From: Sterolibacterium sp.
GTDB lineage: Bacteria; Pseudomonadota; Gammaproteobacteria; Burkholderiales; Rhodocyclaceae
Assembly (NCBI GenBank): GCA_028713555.1
Contig: JAQTOA010000014.1
Location: forward strand, 20,974-84,973
Reading direction: 5' to 3'
DNA length: 64,000 bases
Position 1 is the stretch's first letter. Every line of letters begins with the position of its first letter. Positions 47,802-56,174 of this stretch are shown piece after piece. The position numbers were made by a program, and so were the translations under genes. The notes under the pieces are model-generated. The model saw nothing but the letters and a program-made list of their open reading frames with translations. It searched no databases and was not told the DNA's origin.

Positions 47802-48989
47802 TCATGAGGCGATGGCCTCATGATACACGGCGCGGGTTTGTTCGGCGCAGCGTTCCCAGGTAAAGCCGCTGGCGCGAGCTACGCCGGCTTCGGACATGCG
47901 CCGGCGCAGAGCCGGGTCTTCCAGAACGCTACGCAGGCTTTCGGCCAAGGCGTCGACATCGTGTGGGTTAATGCGGAGGCCGGCGTCACCGACAACCTCA
48001 GGCAGGGAGGCGCAATCGGCCACAACTACTGGTACGCCCGACCGCATGGCTTCCAGCGGCGGCAAGCCGAAACCTTCGTAGAGGGAGGGATAAACAAAAA
48101 GGGCAGCGGCGGCATACAACGCAGGCAGGTCGGCTTCGGCGACATGACCGAGAATACGCAATATGCCGGCGCGTTCAAGCGCGGCGATTTCATGCTCGAC
48201 GTTCTCATGCCGCCAGCCGCGCATGCCGGCAATGACGAGAGGATATTGCCTGGCCAGGCTGGGCGGCAGCAGGCGGTAAGCACGGATCAGGCTGATCAGA
48301 TTCTTACGCGGTTCAAGCGTGCCGACAGTCAGCACGTAACGCCCATATTCAATGCCCAGGCGCTGGCAAGCCGACTGGGTAAGCAATGGCGAGAGAGGCT
48401 GGAAGAGCGGTGAAACGCCAAGATGGACCGTGCGCAGCCGGGCATACGGCACACCGAAAATCTCATGAATCTCGCGCGCTACGAAGTCCGAATCGACGAT
48501 GACCCGCTGTGCACGCTCCAGCACGCCGGGAAAAACCTGGTTCATGATGCGCACCCGTTCCCTGGGGTGGGTTTCAGGATGGCGCACCCAAGATGCATCG
48601 TGGGCGGTGACGACGGTTGGTCCCGAAAAACGCAAGGCCAGATAACTCGGTTCATGATACAGCGCCGGCTGCCGCTGGCTCATTCCCTGCGTGAAGCGCC
48701 GCTGCTGCAACTCTCGCACCAGCCGACGTGCGCCGGGCAGATGGGGTAGCAGGCGACGGACTAATTGCCCGGCGGATCGGTGGGAGGAAACAATATGGGG
48801 CGGCGCGTCATTCCAGTTTAAGCCGGCAAAATACCGGATATCGATCCCTTGCCTCACCAGCGCAAGGGATAGTTCCTCGACGTAGCGCCCGATCCCTGTC
48901 AGCGGCGAAAGCATGGCGGTCGCGTTCAGCGCAATGGAGAGCGGCGTCTCCGAGCTGAGGTTTGAGTTGATACCACTTTCCATCCGCAA
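47802..48989 (-). CDS. glycosyltransferase family 4 (Glycos_transf_1)
   Basis: 395 aa. It has the C-terminal GT-B motif PSLYEGFGLPPLEAMRSGVPVVVAD (the E-x7-E region). Confidence 0.88.
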   Translation of the reverse strand: MRMESGINSNLSSETPLSIALNATAMLSPLTGIGRYVEELSLALVRQGIDIRYFAGLNWNDAPPHIVSSHRSAGQLVRRLLPHLPGARRLVRELQQRRFTQGMSQRQPALYHEPSYLALRFSGPTVVTAHDASWVRHPETHPRERVRIMNQVFPGVLERAQRVIVDSDFVAREIHEIFGVPYARLRTVHLGVSPLFQPLSPLLTQSACQRLGIEYGRYVLTVGTLEPRKNLISLIRAYRLLPPSLARQYPLVIAGMRGWRHENVEHEIAALERAGILRILGHVAEADLPALYAAAALFVYPSLYEGFGLPPLEAMRSGVPVVVADCASLPEVVGDAGLRINPHDVDALAESLRSVLEDPALRRRMSEAGVARASGFTWERCAEQTRAVYHEAIAS

Positions 48990-49033
48990 ATTATTGCACG
49001 TCGGACTCTAACTCGCCGCCGATTATCGCCAGC

Positions 49034-49114
49034 ACCCCAGAAGCAACTGCGGGCATTAATACCCCAGAAACGACTGCGGGCACTAGTACCCCAGAGACAG
49101 ATTCGGGCATTAAA
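49034..49114. repeat. three imperfect tandem 27-bp repeats, each a potential stem-loop
   Basis: Units are accccagaagcaactgcgggcattaat, accccagaaacgactgcgggcactagt and accccagagacagattcgggcattaaa. On the minus strand each unit contains cccgcag-N6-ctgggg. The third unit overlaps the kup stop codon. Confidence 0.85.
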
Positions 49115-51002
49115 GTTCGATCTGGGTTCCCAGTTCGACCACGCGGTTGGTGGGTATCTTGAAGTAGGCGGTCGCCGTGTCGGCATTGCGGAACATCCAG
49201 GTGAACAGCTTCTGCCGCCAGCGCGCCATGACCGGTATGCTGTGGCGGACGATGGTTTCGCGGCCGAGGAAAAAGGAAGTTTCCATTGACTCGTATTTTA
49301 TGCCGTACGGTTCGCACATCGCCAAGGCCAACGGGATGTCCGGGTCGTCCTTGAAACCATAGCGCACGATCACTTGGTAGAAACCCTGAGGCAGCCGGTG
49401 AACCTCGATGCGATCGGCTTCGGCCACGTGCGGCACCTCCTCGACATTTACATTCAGCAGGATCACACGCTCATGCAGCACCTTGTTATGCAACAGGTTG
49501 TGGAGCATCGCCCGCGGTACGCCATTCGGGTTGGTGGTCATGAATACGCCCGTGCCTTCGACACGATGCGGGCCACCATAAGAGAGGCTGGTAATGAAGG
49601 CATCCAGCGGCATCGAGTCCTGTTGAAGCTTCTCGTAGAGCAGGGTGCGGCCGCGCTTCCAGGTGGACAGCAGGGCAAACACCGACAGGCCGAGCACCAG
49701 CGGGAACCAGCCGCCATCGATAATCTTGACGCTGTTGGCGGCAAAAAATGCGAAGTCGACGACGATAAAAAAACCCAGGAACGCGAACGACTGGATGCCG
49801 CTCCACATCCACAGGCTGCGCACGACGATGAAGGCCAGCACGGTGTCGATCATCATCGTCAGGGTGACCGCCAGCCCGTACGCGGCGGCCAGGTTGGTGG
49901 AGGAACGAAAGCCGAGCACCAGAACGATCACTGCCAGCATGACCAGCCAGTTGATGTAGGGAATGTATATCTGTCCCTTCTTGCTTTCCGAAGTGAACAG
50001 CACATGGATGCGCGGGCAGTAACCCAATTGCATGGCCTGGCTGGTCAGCGAGAAGGCGCCTGAGATCACCGCTTGGGAAGCGATCACCGCTGCCGCCGTG
50101 GCCAGCCCGACCATCGGATACAGGAGCATGTCCGGTACCAGCAGAAAAAATGGATTCTTGACCGCTTCCGGGTTGTCGAGAATCAGCGCGCCCTGGCCGA
50201 GATAATTCAGATACAGCATCGGGAAGACGAAGCCCAGCCAGGCCCATTTGATGGGGCGCCGGCCGAAATGTCCCATGTCGGCATAAAGCGCCTCGCCGCC
50301 AGTGATCGCCAGCACCACTGCCCCCAACGCGAGAAAGCCGTACCCGCGGTTTTCGATGAAGAAGTTCAAGGCGTACCAGGGATTGATGGCGAAGATGATG
50401 GCCGGGTGCTTGAGGATATTCAGAAAGCCGAACACCCCCAAGGTGGCGAACCAGAACAGCATCACCGGTCCGAACAGCGCGCCGACACTGGCCGTGCCCT
50501 TGCGCTGGAATACAAACAGGCCGAGGATGATGCCGATGGTAACCGGCACGACGTAAGGTTTGAACAACGGGGTGGCTACTTCAAGGCCTTCGATCGCCGA
50601 GAGCACCGTCATCGCCGGTGTGATCACCGCGTCGCCGTAGAACAGCGCCGCGCCGAAAATTCCCAGCACCGAGATCCACCACAAGCTGCGTGCGCTGGCA
50701 CCGGACATGCGCGAGGCCAGGGCGGTCAAGGCCATGATGCCGCCTTCGCCGCGGTTATCGGCGCGCGTGATGAACATCACGTACTTCAGCGAAACCGTAA
50801 TGACCAGCGCCCAGAACACCAGGGACAGAATGCCCAGCAGGTTGTCCGGCGTGACCGCCACGGCGTGGGGACCGTTGAATACTTCCTTCATGGTGTATAA
50901 CGGACTGGTGCCGATGTCCCCATAGACCACGCCCATCGCGGCCAGCGACAAGGCAGCCAGGCTGGATTCGGCGGGGTGTTGCGGATCCTCGGATACGCTC
51001 AT
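49110..51002 (-). CDS. kup: KUP/HAK/KT potassium uptake protein
   Basis: 630 aa. The N-terminus has GVVYGDIGTSPLYTMKEVF, with 12 TM segments and a cytoplasmic C-terminal domain. Confidence 0.95.
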   Translation of the reverse strand: MSVSEDPQHPAESSLAALSLAAMGVVYGDIGTSPLYTMKEVFNGPHAVAVTPDNLLGILSLVFWALVITVSLKYVMFITRADNRGEGGIMALTALASRMSGASARSLWWISVLGIFGAALFYGDAVITPAMTVLSAIEGLEVATPLFKPYVVPVTIGIILGLFVFQRKGTASVGALFGPVMLFWFATLGVFGFLNILKHPAIIFAINPWYALNFFIENRGYGFLALGAVVLAITGGEALYADMGHFGRRPIKWAWLGFVFPMLYLNYLGQGALILDNPEAVKNPFFLLVPDMLLYPMVGLATAAAVIASQAVISGAFSLTSQAMQLGYCPRIHVLFTSESKKGQIYIPYINWLVMLAVIVLVLGFRSSTNLAAAYGLAVTLTMMIDTVLAFIVVRSLWMWSGIQSFAFLGFFIVVDFAFFAANSVKIIDGGWFPLVLGLSVFALLSTWKRGRTLLYEKLQQDSMPLDAFITSLSYGGPHRVEGTGVFMTTNPNGVPRAMLHNLLHNKVLHERVILLNVNVEEVPHVAEADRIEVHRLPQGFYQVIVRYGFKDDPDIPLALAMCEPYGIKYESMETSFFLGRETIVRHSIPVMARWRQKLFTWMFRNADTATAYFKIPTNRVVELGTQIEL

Positions 51003-51223
51003 GAAGAATGAGTTGTTTGCCTTGTGAAGTGTTGTTTCACAGGGGAATATTTGTTGCCATGCACCATGGGGAACGGATTATACGGCTAATCCGGCAGGCT
51101 TTAGTGGCAACGGAAGATGGTTTTCCCACAGCGCTTTCAGTTAACAAAAATGACTGGGGTCAAGTCATTACTGACGAAAGACAGCGACAATGTCCCTCAT
51201 TTTCGGAAATCGGATATTTCGCC

Positions 51224-52360
51224 ATGTTGCCCTTGCTCGCCGCCAACGCCGTTGTCATCATGGCCATCGCCCTGGCGCTAGGGTTATTCGCGGCGCTGCC
51301 GTCGGCACTGGTGGCTCACCTGGTGCTGGCGATGGGCATCATGCCGCTGATCCTTGCGGCGATGGCCTACTTCGTGCCGGTGCTGACGCGCAGCGACGGT
51401 GCGCCGCGTTCGGTCGAGGGCCTGGCCTTGCTGGCCTGGCTCGGTGGCTTGGCGATGGTTGCCAGCGTGGCAGTGCATATGGAGGCACTGGCTGTTGCAC
51501 TGGCTCTCGTCGGTGCGCTGCTTGCGGTGAAGGCGGCGGCGAGCCTGTTGCTATGGACTATCCTGAGGGCACGGCGCAGCCTGGGTGCGCCGCATCCCGG
51601 TCTGGCCTGGTATGTCGCGGCCCTAGGTTTTCTCCTGGCGGCGCTTGTCACCGTGCCGCTGCTCTGGGTATGGCCCGAGCAGCGTGTCGTGCTGCGCCTG
51701 ATTCACCTGCACGCCAACCTGCTCGGTTTCGTCGGACTTACCGCCATCGGCACGTTGCAAGTACTGCTGCCCACCGCAGCAAACCGCTGGGATAAGCACG
51801 CCGCCACCCGTCTGAAACAAGACCTTGGCTTTGGCATCTGCGGCGTCGCCATGATGGCGATTGGCGCAGGTTTCAGCAGCCTGCTTGCGGGCATCGGCGC
51901 GGCGTTGTTCTTGGTGCCTCTGCTGCGCATGGGCACGCGCTGGAGCATGGACTACGCCGATCATCTCGGTCGTTTGCACGGTGCTTCCACCGCCCTTGGG
52001 TTGTCCTGCTTCGGCCTGGTTGGCCTGATCTTCGCCGGCCTGGGCCACGCGTTCGGTTACCTCAACGGTAGCGACGCGCTGACCGGTTTTGTCCCGGCAT
52101 TTTTGCTGCCCCTGGTCAGCGGTGCCGCCATGCAGTTGCTGCCAGTGTGGCTGCGTCCCGGCCGCCAGGACGGATGGCACGAGAAACTGCGCAGCACGCT
52201 CGGGCGCTACAGCGGTTTGCATGCACCGCTTCTGGTTGCCGGCGGCCTGGCCGTGGCTTTCGGTTATCCCCAGGGCTTGTGGCTGGCGGCGGTTGGGGTG
52301 CTGGTGCTGCTGGCGGTCGTAGTGAACGCTTTGAGCAAGTTTTGTCGCAGCGATAAGTGA
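51224..52360 (+). CDS. hypothetical polytopic membrane protein (about 12 TM, internal duplication, conserved His)
   Basis: 378 aa from MLPLLAANAVV. The two halves share HLVLAMGIMPLILAAMAYFVPVLT and HLHANLLGFVGLTAIGTLQVLLPTA. Any resemblance to NnrS-type proteins is only an impression. The upstream 72 codons of the ORF look non-coding. Confidence 0.55.
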   Translation: MLPLLAANAVVIMAIALALGLFAALPSALVAHLVLAMGIMPLILAAMAYFVPVLTRSDGAPRSVEGLALLAWLGGLAMVASVAVHMEALAVALALVGALLAVKAAASLLLWTILRARRSLGAPHPGLAWYVAALGFLLAALVTVPLLWVWPEQRVVLRLIHLHANLLGFVGLTAIGTLQVLLPTAANRWDKHAATRLKQDLGFGICGVAMMAIGAGFSSLLAGIGAALFLVPLLRMGTRWSMDYADHLGRLHGASTALGLSCFGLVGLIFAGLGHAFGYLNGSDALTGFVPAFLLPLVSGAAMQLLPVWLRPGRQDGWHEKLRSTLGRYSGLHAPLLVAGGLAVAFGYPQGLWLAAVGVLVLLAVVVNALSKFCRSDK

Positions 52361-52383
52361 GTGCAGATCCAACGCCGACAACA

Positions 52384-53724
52384 TTAAGCCCGAAACGCCA
52401 CGCTGATCGTTAGTCCCACCCCGCCTTCCCCATCGGTCAGGGCGATGCGGGCGCCGTGCAATTCGGCGATACGTTGCACAATGGAGAGACCAAGGCCGCT
52501 GCCGACTTGATCCTGAGATGCAGCGCCGCGGTGAAAGCGACGAAATACGGCTTCGCGTTCCCCGGCGGGAATGCCGGGGCCGCTGTCGCAGACCCGCAAC
52601 ACCACGCCTGTGTCAGCCTTGCCCAGCACGACCCGTACACGCCCACCTGAAGGCGTATAGCGGATGGCATTGTCGAGCAGGTTGCGCAACAGGATTTGCA
52701 GCATGGTTGCATTGCCCTGCACCTGGGCATCGACGGCATCGAGCTCCAGGGCGACCTGCTTGTCCACCGCGGCGGCGCCATGGGCGGCACAAACCTCCTC
52801 GGCCAGCGTCTTGAGGGGCACCGGCTGGACACCGGCCAGCGGCTGTTCGGGATCGAGGCGCGCCAGTGTCAGCAACTGATCGATGAGATGCGCGGCGCGA
52901 TCCACGCCGATGCGCACCTGCTCGATGGCGTGCTGCCGCTCGGCATCGTTGCCGGAACGCTGCGCCACCTGCGCCTGCGCGGCCAGCGCGGCGAGCGGGG
53001 TGCGTAGTTCGTGGGCGGCATCGGCGGTGAAGCGGCGCTCGTTAACCATCTCTTGCTTGACGCGGCAGAACAGTCCATTCAAGGCTTTCAGCATCGGCTT
53101 GATTTCGGTCGGCGCGCTGGCCGGGACCAGCGGCTCCAGATGCGCCGGATCGCGCTTGTCGATCTGCGCGGCCAGTGCGTCGAGCGGCGCCAGCCCGCGT
53201 CGCGTCGCCAGCCACACCCAGCCTCCCAGCAAGGGCAGGCCGAACAAGGCCGGCAGCAGCAACTTCCAGGCGATCTCGACGATCAATTCATCGCGCGCCT
53301 CAAGATCCTCGCCAACCTGGACCAGGAGGCTCCGTTCTTTATTCCACAGGCTGAATAGCCGCCATTGCGCGTCCTGGTTCGCGGCATCGGAGAATCCTTC
53401 TTGGGTTGCCAGCGGCGCCTTCGGCGCATTGCGCGAGCGCATCAGCAACACGCCCTCGGCACTCCAAATCTGGAAGCGCAGCTTGTGTTGGTGCTTATCC
53501 ACCTCCGCGCCGAGTTCGGCGACGCCCTCATCGCCTTCATGTACTTCATGGCTGGCCAGCGCCAGCATGGTCTGGGCGGTATGCGCGAGCTGGGCATCGA
53601 GCAGCTCATCGATCTCGTGGTGGGCATCGAGGTAGGACAGCACCAGCATCGCCAGCCACAATACCGTGACCCCGCCCAGGATCGGCAGCAGCAGACGCCG
53701 CCGCAACGAGAACCAGGCGGTCAT
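52384..53724 (-). CDS. sensor histidine kinase (QseC/PmrB-like)
   Basis: Two TM segments flank a periplasmic loop of about 130 aa rich in ExxE and His (HHEIDELL, SHEVHEGDEG). The H-box is ADAAHELRTPL. N and G boxes are present. It overlaps the regulator gene by 4 nt. Confidence 0.9.
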   Translation of the reverse strand: MTAWFSLRRRLLLPILGGVTVLWLAMLVLSYLDAHHEIDELLDAQLAHTAQTMLALASHEVHEGDEGVAELGAEVDKHQHKLRFQIWSAEGVLLMRSRNAPKAPLATQEGFSDAANQDAQWRLFSLWNKERSLLVQVGEDLEARDELIVEIAWKLLLPALFGLPLLGGWVWLATRRGLAPLDALAAQIDKRDPAHLEPLVPASAPTEIKPMLKALNGLFCRVKQEMVNERRFTADAAHELRTPLAALAAQAQVAQRSGNDAERQHAIEQVRIGVDRAAHLIDQLLTLARLDPEQPLAGVQPVPLKTLAEEVCAAHGAAAVDKQVALELDAVDAQVQGNATMLQILLRNLLDNAIRYTPSGGRVRVVLGKADTGVVLRVCDSGPGIPAGEREAVFRRFHRGAASQDQVGSGLGLSIVQRIAELHGARIALTDGEGGVGLTISVAFRA

Positions 53725-54383
53725 TTCGCCTTCTCCACCAGGTAGCCCACGCCGCGCAGGGTCTTGATGAAATCCGCGCCGAGCTTGCGGCGCAAATGGT
53801 GGATATGCACTTCGACCGCGTTGCTGTCGGGTTCCTCGCTCCAGCCGTAGATGCTGGATTCGAGCTGGGTGCGCGTCATGACGTGGCCGGCGTTAGCCAG
53901 CAAGGCATGCAGGATGGCGAATTCGCGCGTACCCATATCCACCGGTTGCCCCGCCAGCAATACTTGATGCGAAGCCGGATCGAGTTCCAGCGCGCCATGA
54001 ATCAGCTTGGGCACGGCGCGCCCGCCGCTGCGCCGGGTCAGCGCGCGCAAACGCGCCGCCAGTTCATCCAGATCGATCGGCTTGACCAGATAGTCGTCGG
54101 CGCCGGCATCCAGGCCGGCAATCTTGTCGGCGACCGCATCGCGCGCCGTGAGGATCAGCACCGGCAGCATTTCCTTGCGGGCGCGCAGGCGGCGCAGCAG
54201 TTCCATGCCGGAAAGGCGCGGCAAGCCGAGATCGAGCACCACCAGGTCGAAGCTTTCGCTCTTCAAGGCAGCATCGGCGCTGGCGCCGTCCTTCAGCCAA
54301 TCGACGGCAAATCCCGACTGGCGCATGCCGGCGGCAAGGCCGTCGCCAAGCTGCGGATCATCCTCGACCAGCAACACGCGCAT
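53721..54383 (-). CDS. OmpR-family response regulator (PmrA/QseB-like)
   Basis: The receiver has MRVLLVEDD...DLVVLDLGLP. The winged-helix output has TREFAILHALL...VEVHIHHLRRKLG...IKTLRGVGY. Confidence 0.92.
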   Translation of the reverse strand: MRVLLVEDDPQLGDGLAAGMRQSGFAVDWLKDGASADAALKSESFDLVVLDLGLPRLSGMELLRRLRARKEMLPVLILTARDAVADKIAGLDAGADDYLVKPIDLDELAARLRALTRRSGGRAVPKLIHGALELDPASHQVLLAGQPVDMGTREFAILHALLANAGHVMTRTQLESSIYGWSEEPDSNAVEVHIHHLRRKLGADFIKTLRGVGYLVEKAK

Positions 54384-54558
54384 GATCTAGGCGTTGCGCG
54401 CCAGAACATGCACTGACAGCGGCTCGTGTAGACCGGGCCGGAGCGCAAGGGTCAGACGATTCGGGAGGGGGTGCGGGAACATCGGACAATATTAACGCGG
54501 AATGCGGATCGCGGTTTCATCGAAATTGTGCGTATCCCCATCGGACGCAGCGGGAAAT

Positions 54559-55185
54559 TTACGCATGATCTCCTCCCTTAGTCAGATATTGATTGCCGGT
54601 CAGCATCGCCTGTGCAACCGGGGCTTTGCCGATAAATTGGTGCCAAATCAGGGCGGCCAGATGCAAGCCGATGAAACCGACAACCAGGCCGTACAGCGCT
54701 TCGTGCGGCTCCTTGAACAAATGTTTGAGCCAGACGCTGTCCCCCAGCCAGATTGTCAGAGGTCCGGTGTTGTGTTGGATGGCTGTCAGGGCCAGGCCGG
54801 TGACGGCTAAACCGGTGAGAACGAAGTACAAGCAGATGAACAGCGCGCTGGCCAAAGTGTCGTGGCCCCGGCGAGACGCTGGCAAACTTAGTCTGGGCAA
54901 GGCACGCAAGGTCGCCAGCCACTCGCGCGGATGCCATAAATCCGACCAGCGCGCTGTGTCCGGACCGATCAGCCCCCACACCAGTCGAGCGATCAGTCCG
55001 CCGATCAGGGCATATCCCATCTGGATATGCAGGCGCCACAGCGCGGCGCCCGTCGCACTGTGCTCGTACTCGTCCGCGATCAGGCCGCTGGCGATCAGCG
55101 CCAGGATGGACAGGGCATTCCAGGCGTGGATCAGGCGCAGCAGGCCGTCGAAAGCCACTACGCGCCGGGTTGCTGGTACAGACAT
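54559..55185 (-). CDS. cytochrome b (Ni/Fe-hydrogenase b-type / b561 family) membrane protein
   Basis: 208 aa from MSVPATRRVVAFDGLLRLIHAWNAL, with AGAGGAA upstream. It has four TM helices with His in helices 1, 2 and 4 (IHAWNA, RLHIQMGY, GLHLAALIWH). Confidence 0.7.
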   Translation of the reverse strand: MSVPATRRVVAFDGLLRLIHAWNALSILALIASGLIADEYEHSATGAALWRLHIQMGYALIGGLIARLVWGLIGPDTARWSDLWHPREWLATLRALPRLSLPASRRGHDTLASALFICLYFVLTGLAVTGLALTAIQHNTGPLTIWLGDSVWLKHLFKEPHEALYGLVVGFIGLHLAALIWHQFIGKAPVAQAMLTGNQYLTKGGDHA

Positions 55186-55249
55186 GAAGTTTCCTCTGTG
55201 TGATGCGATGGAAAAAGCAATGATGGTGACTGAATAATATGAGAGGAAT

Positions 55250-55266
55250 CTTAAGCTACCCTTAAC
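55250..55266 (+). promoter_or_regulatory. PmrA-box-like direct repeat CTTAAG-N5-CTTAAC
   Basis: Read directly from the sequence: cttaag ctacc cttaac. It lies in the divergent intergenic region, 97 nt upstream of the ATG at 55363 and 65 nt from the cytochrome b start. A third CTTAAG is at 55309-55314. Confidence 0.4.
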
Positions 55267-55362
55267 ACAAGAATCCCCCATCCCGCATCGGGCTGCCGTT
55301 AACGCGGGCTTAAGATTGCGTGGATACAGTTCAGTCTCCAACCAACCACATGGAGATTAACA

Positions 55363-56058
55363 ATGAGCAAGAAGGAGAAATTTTCAGGTCAGGAGCAGAC
55401 CCACACCGAGTCCCACAACGCTGACTTGCATGCGTTTGAAAACCATACGCTGGATACTTTGCAGACAGCAGGACATGACGCCAAGAGCGGCTCCAGTGCT
55501 GATTTCCAGGAAGGGTACAAGTTTGTGGTGGCAGACGGTGTGGTGACTTCGGTAACCGAGGTCGAGCATGGCCTGACCAAGGCCAAGTCCATCAAGCCCT
55601 CTGAAACATTTACGCTAAGTGGAAACGATGTGCTGAAGACGGAAAGCAAGGGAGCTTTCCAGGAAATCACGCGTTACACCGACGCCAATAACGATGGCCT
55701 ATACCAGAAAGTTTCCGAGACGAAGGTCCTCAGTGCAGATGCGGCGTCGACCATCGCGCAAGCGCAACATGATCCGGCGCACAGCGATCACATGAACCTC
55801 GACTTTGACGCTGCCGGCCAGACAGTCAGTACGGCTCACTTATCGAATGACGGCGTTGTGGACACCCCGGATGCTAATATCCAATCCGGCATACGGAACG
55901 GGCTGGAGGCCGAAGCGATTAAAGGGCCGGCGATTCACTGGGAGTCGCGTGATGGCAACGGTGATGCCATTCACGCGGAAGTTGCCCATGGGACCGACCC
56001 GATAGCGACGCTGACAGGTCTGGCAACCGACCCGGCAACGGTGGACTACTGGTTCTGA
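55363..56058 (+). CDS. hypothetical acidic His/Asp/Thr-rich protein, no signal peptide
   Basis: 231-aa ORF with a GGAGA ribosome-binding site. It has many His residues, DxNxDG-like loops (DANNDGLY, SRDGNGDA), no Cys and no TM. It is followed by a strong terminator. Confidence 0.65.
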   Translation: MSKKEKFSGQEQTHTESHNADLHAFENHTLDTLQTAGHDAKSGSSADFQEGYKFVVADGVVTSVTEVEHGLTKAKSIKPSETFTLSGNDVLKTESKGAFQEITRYTDANNDGLYQKVSETKVLSADAASTIAQAQHDPAHSDHMNLDFDAAGQTVSTAHLSNDGVVDTPDANIQSGIRNGLEAEAIKGPAIHWESRDGNGDAIHAEVAHGTDPIATLTGLATDPATVDYWF

Positions 56059-56113
56059 ACTATTAGGCGAACGGCCACGCCAAACGTTCCGAACGGGTTG
56101 CAGGATGCCGATT

Positions 56114-56156
56114 GGCCGGCGGCCAGGGTTCAGGCCGCCGGCCAGTTTGCGTGTTT
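56114..56156 (+). terminator. rho-independent terminator after the 55363-56058 gene
   Basis: An 11-bp perfect GC stem (ggccggcggcc / ggccgccggcc) with an 8-nt loop, followed by agtttgcgtgttt. Confidence 0.65.
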
Positions 56157-56174
56157 GGGGAATGGTGAAACGTT

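Noticed and set aside
49034-49114. Possible CRISPR array.
   Set aside because: There are only three directly abutting 27-bp units with no spacers, and no cas genes in the window. It is a plain tandem repeat.
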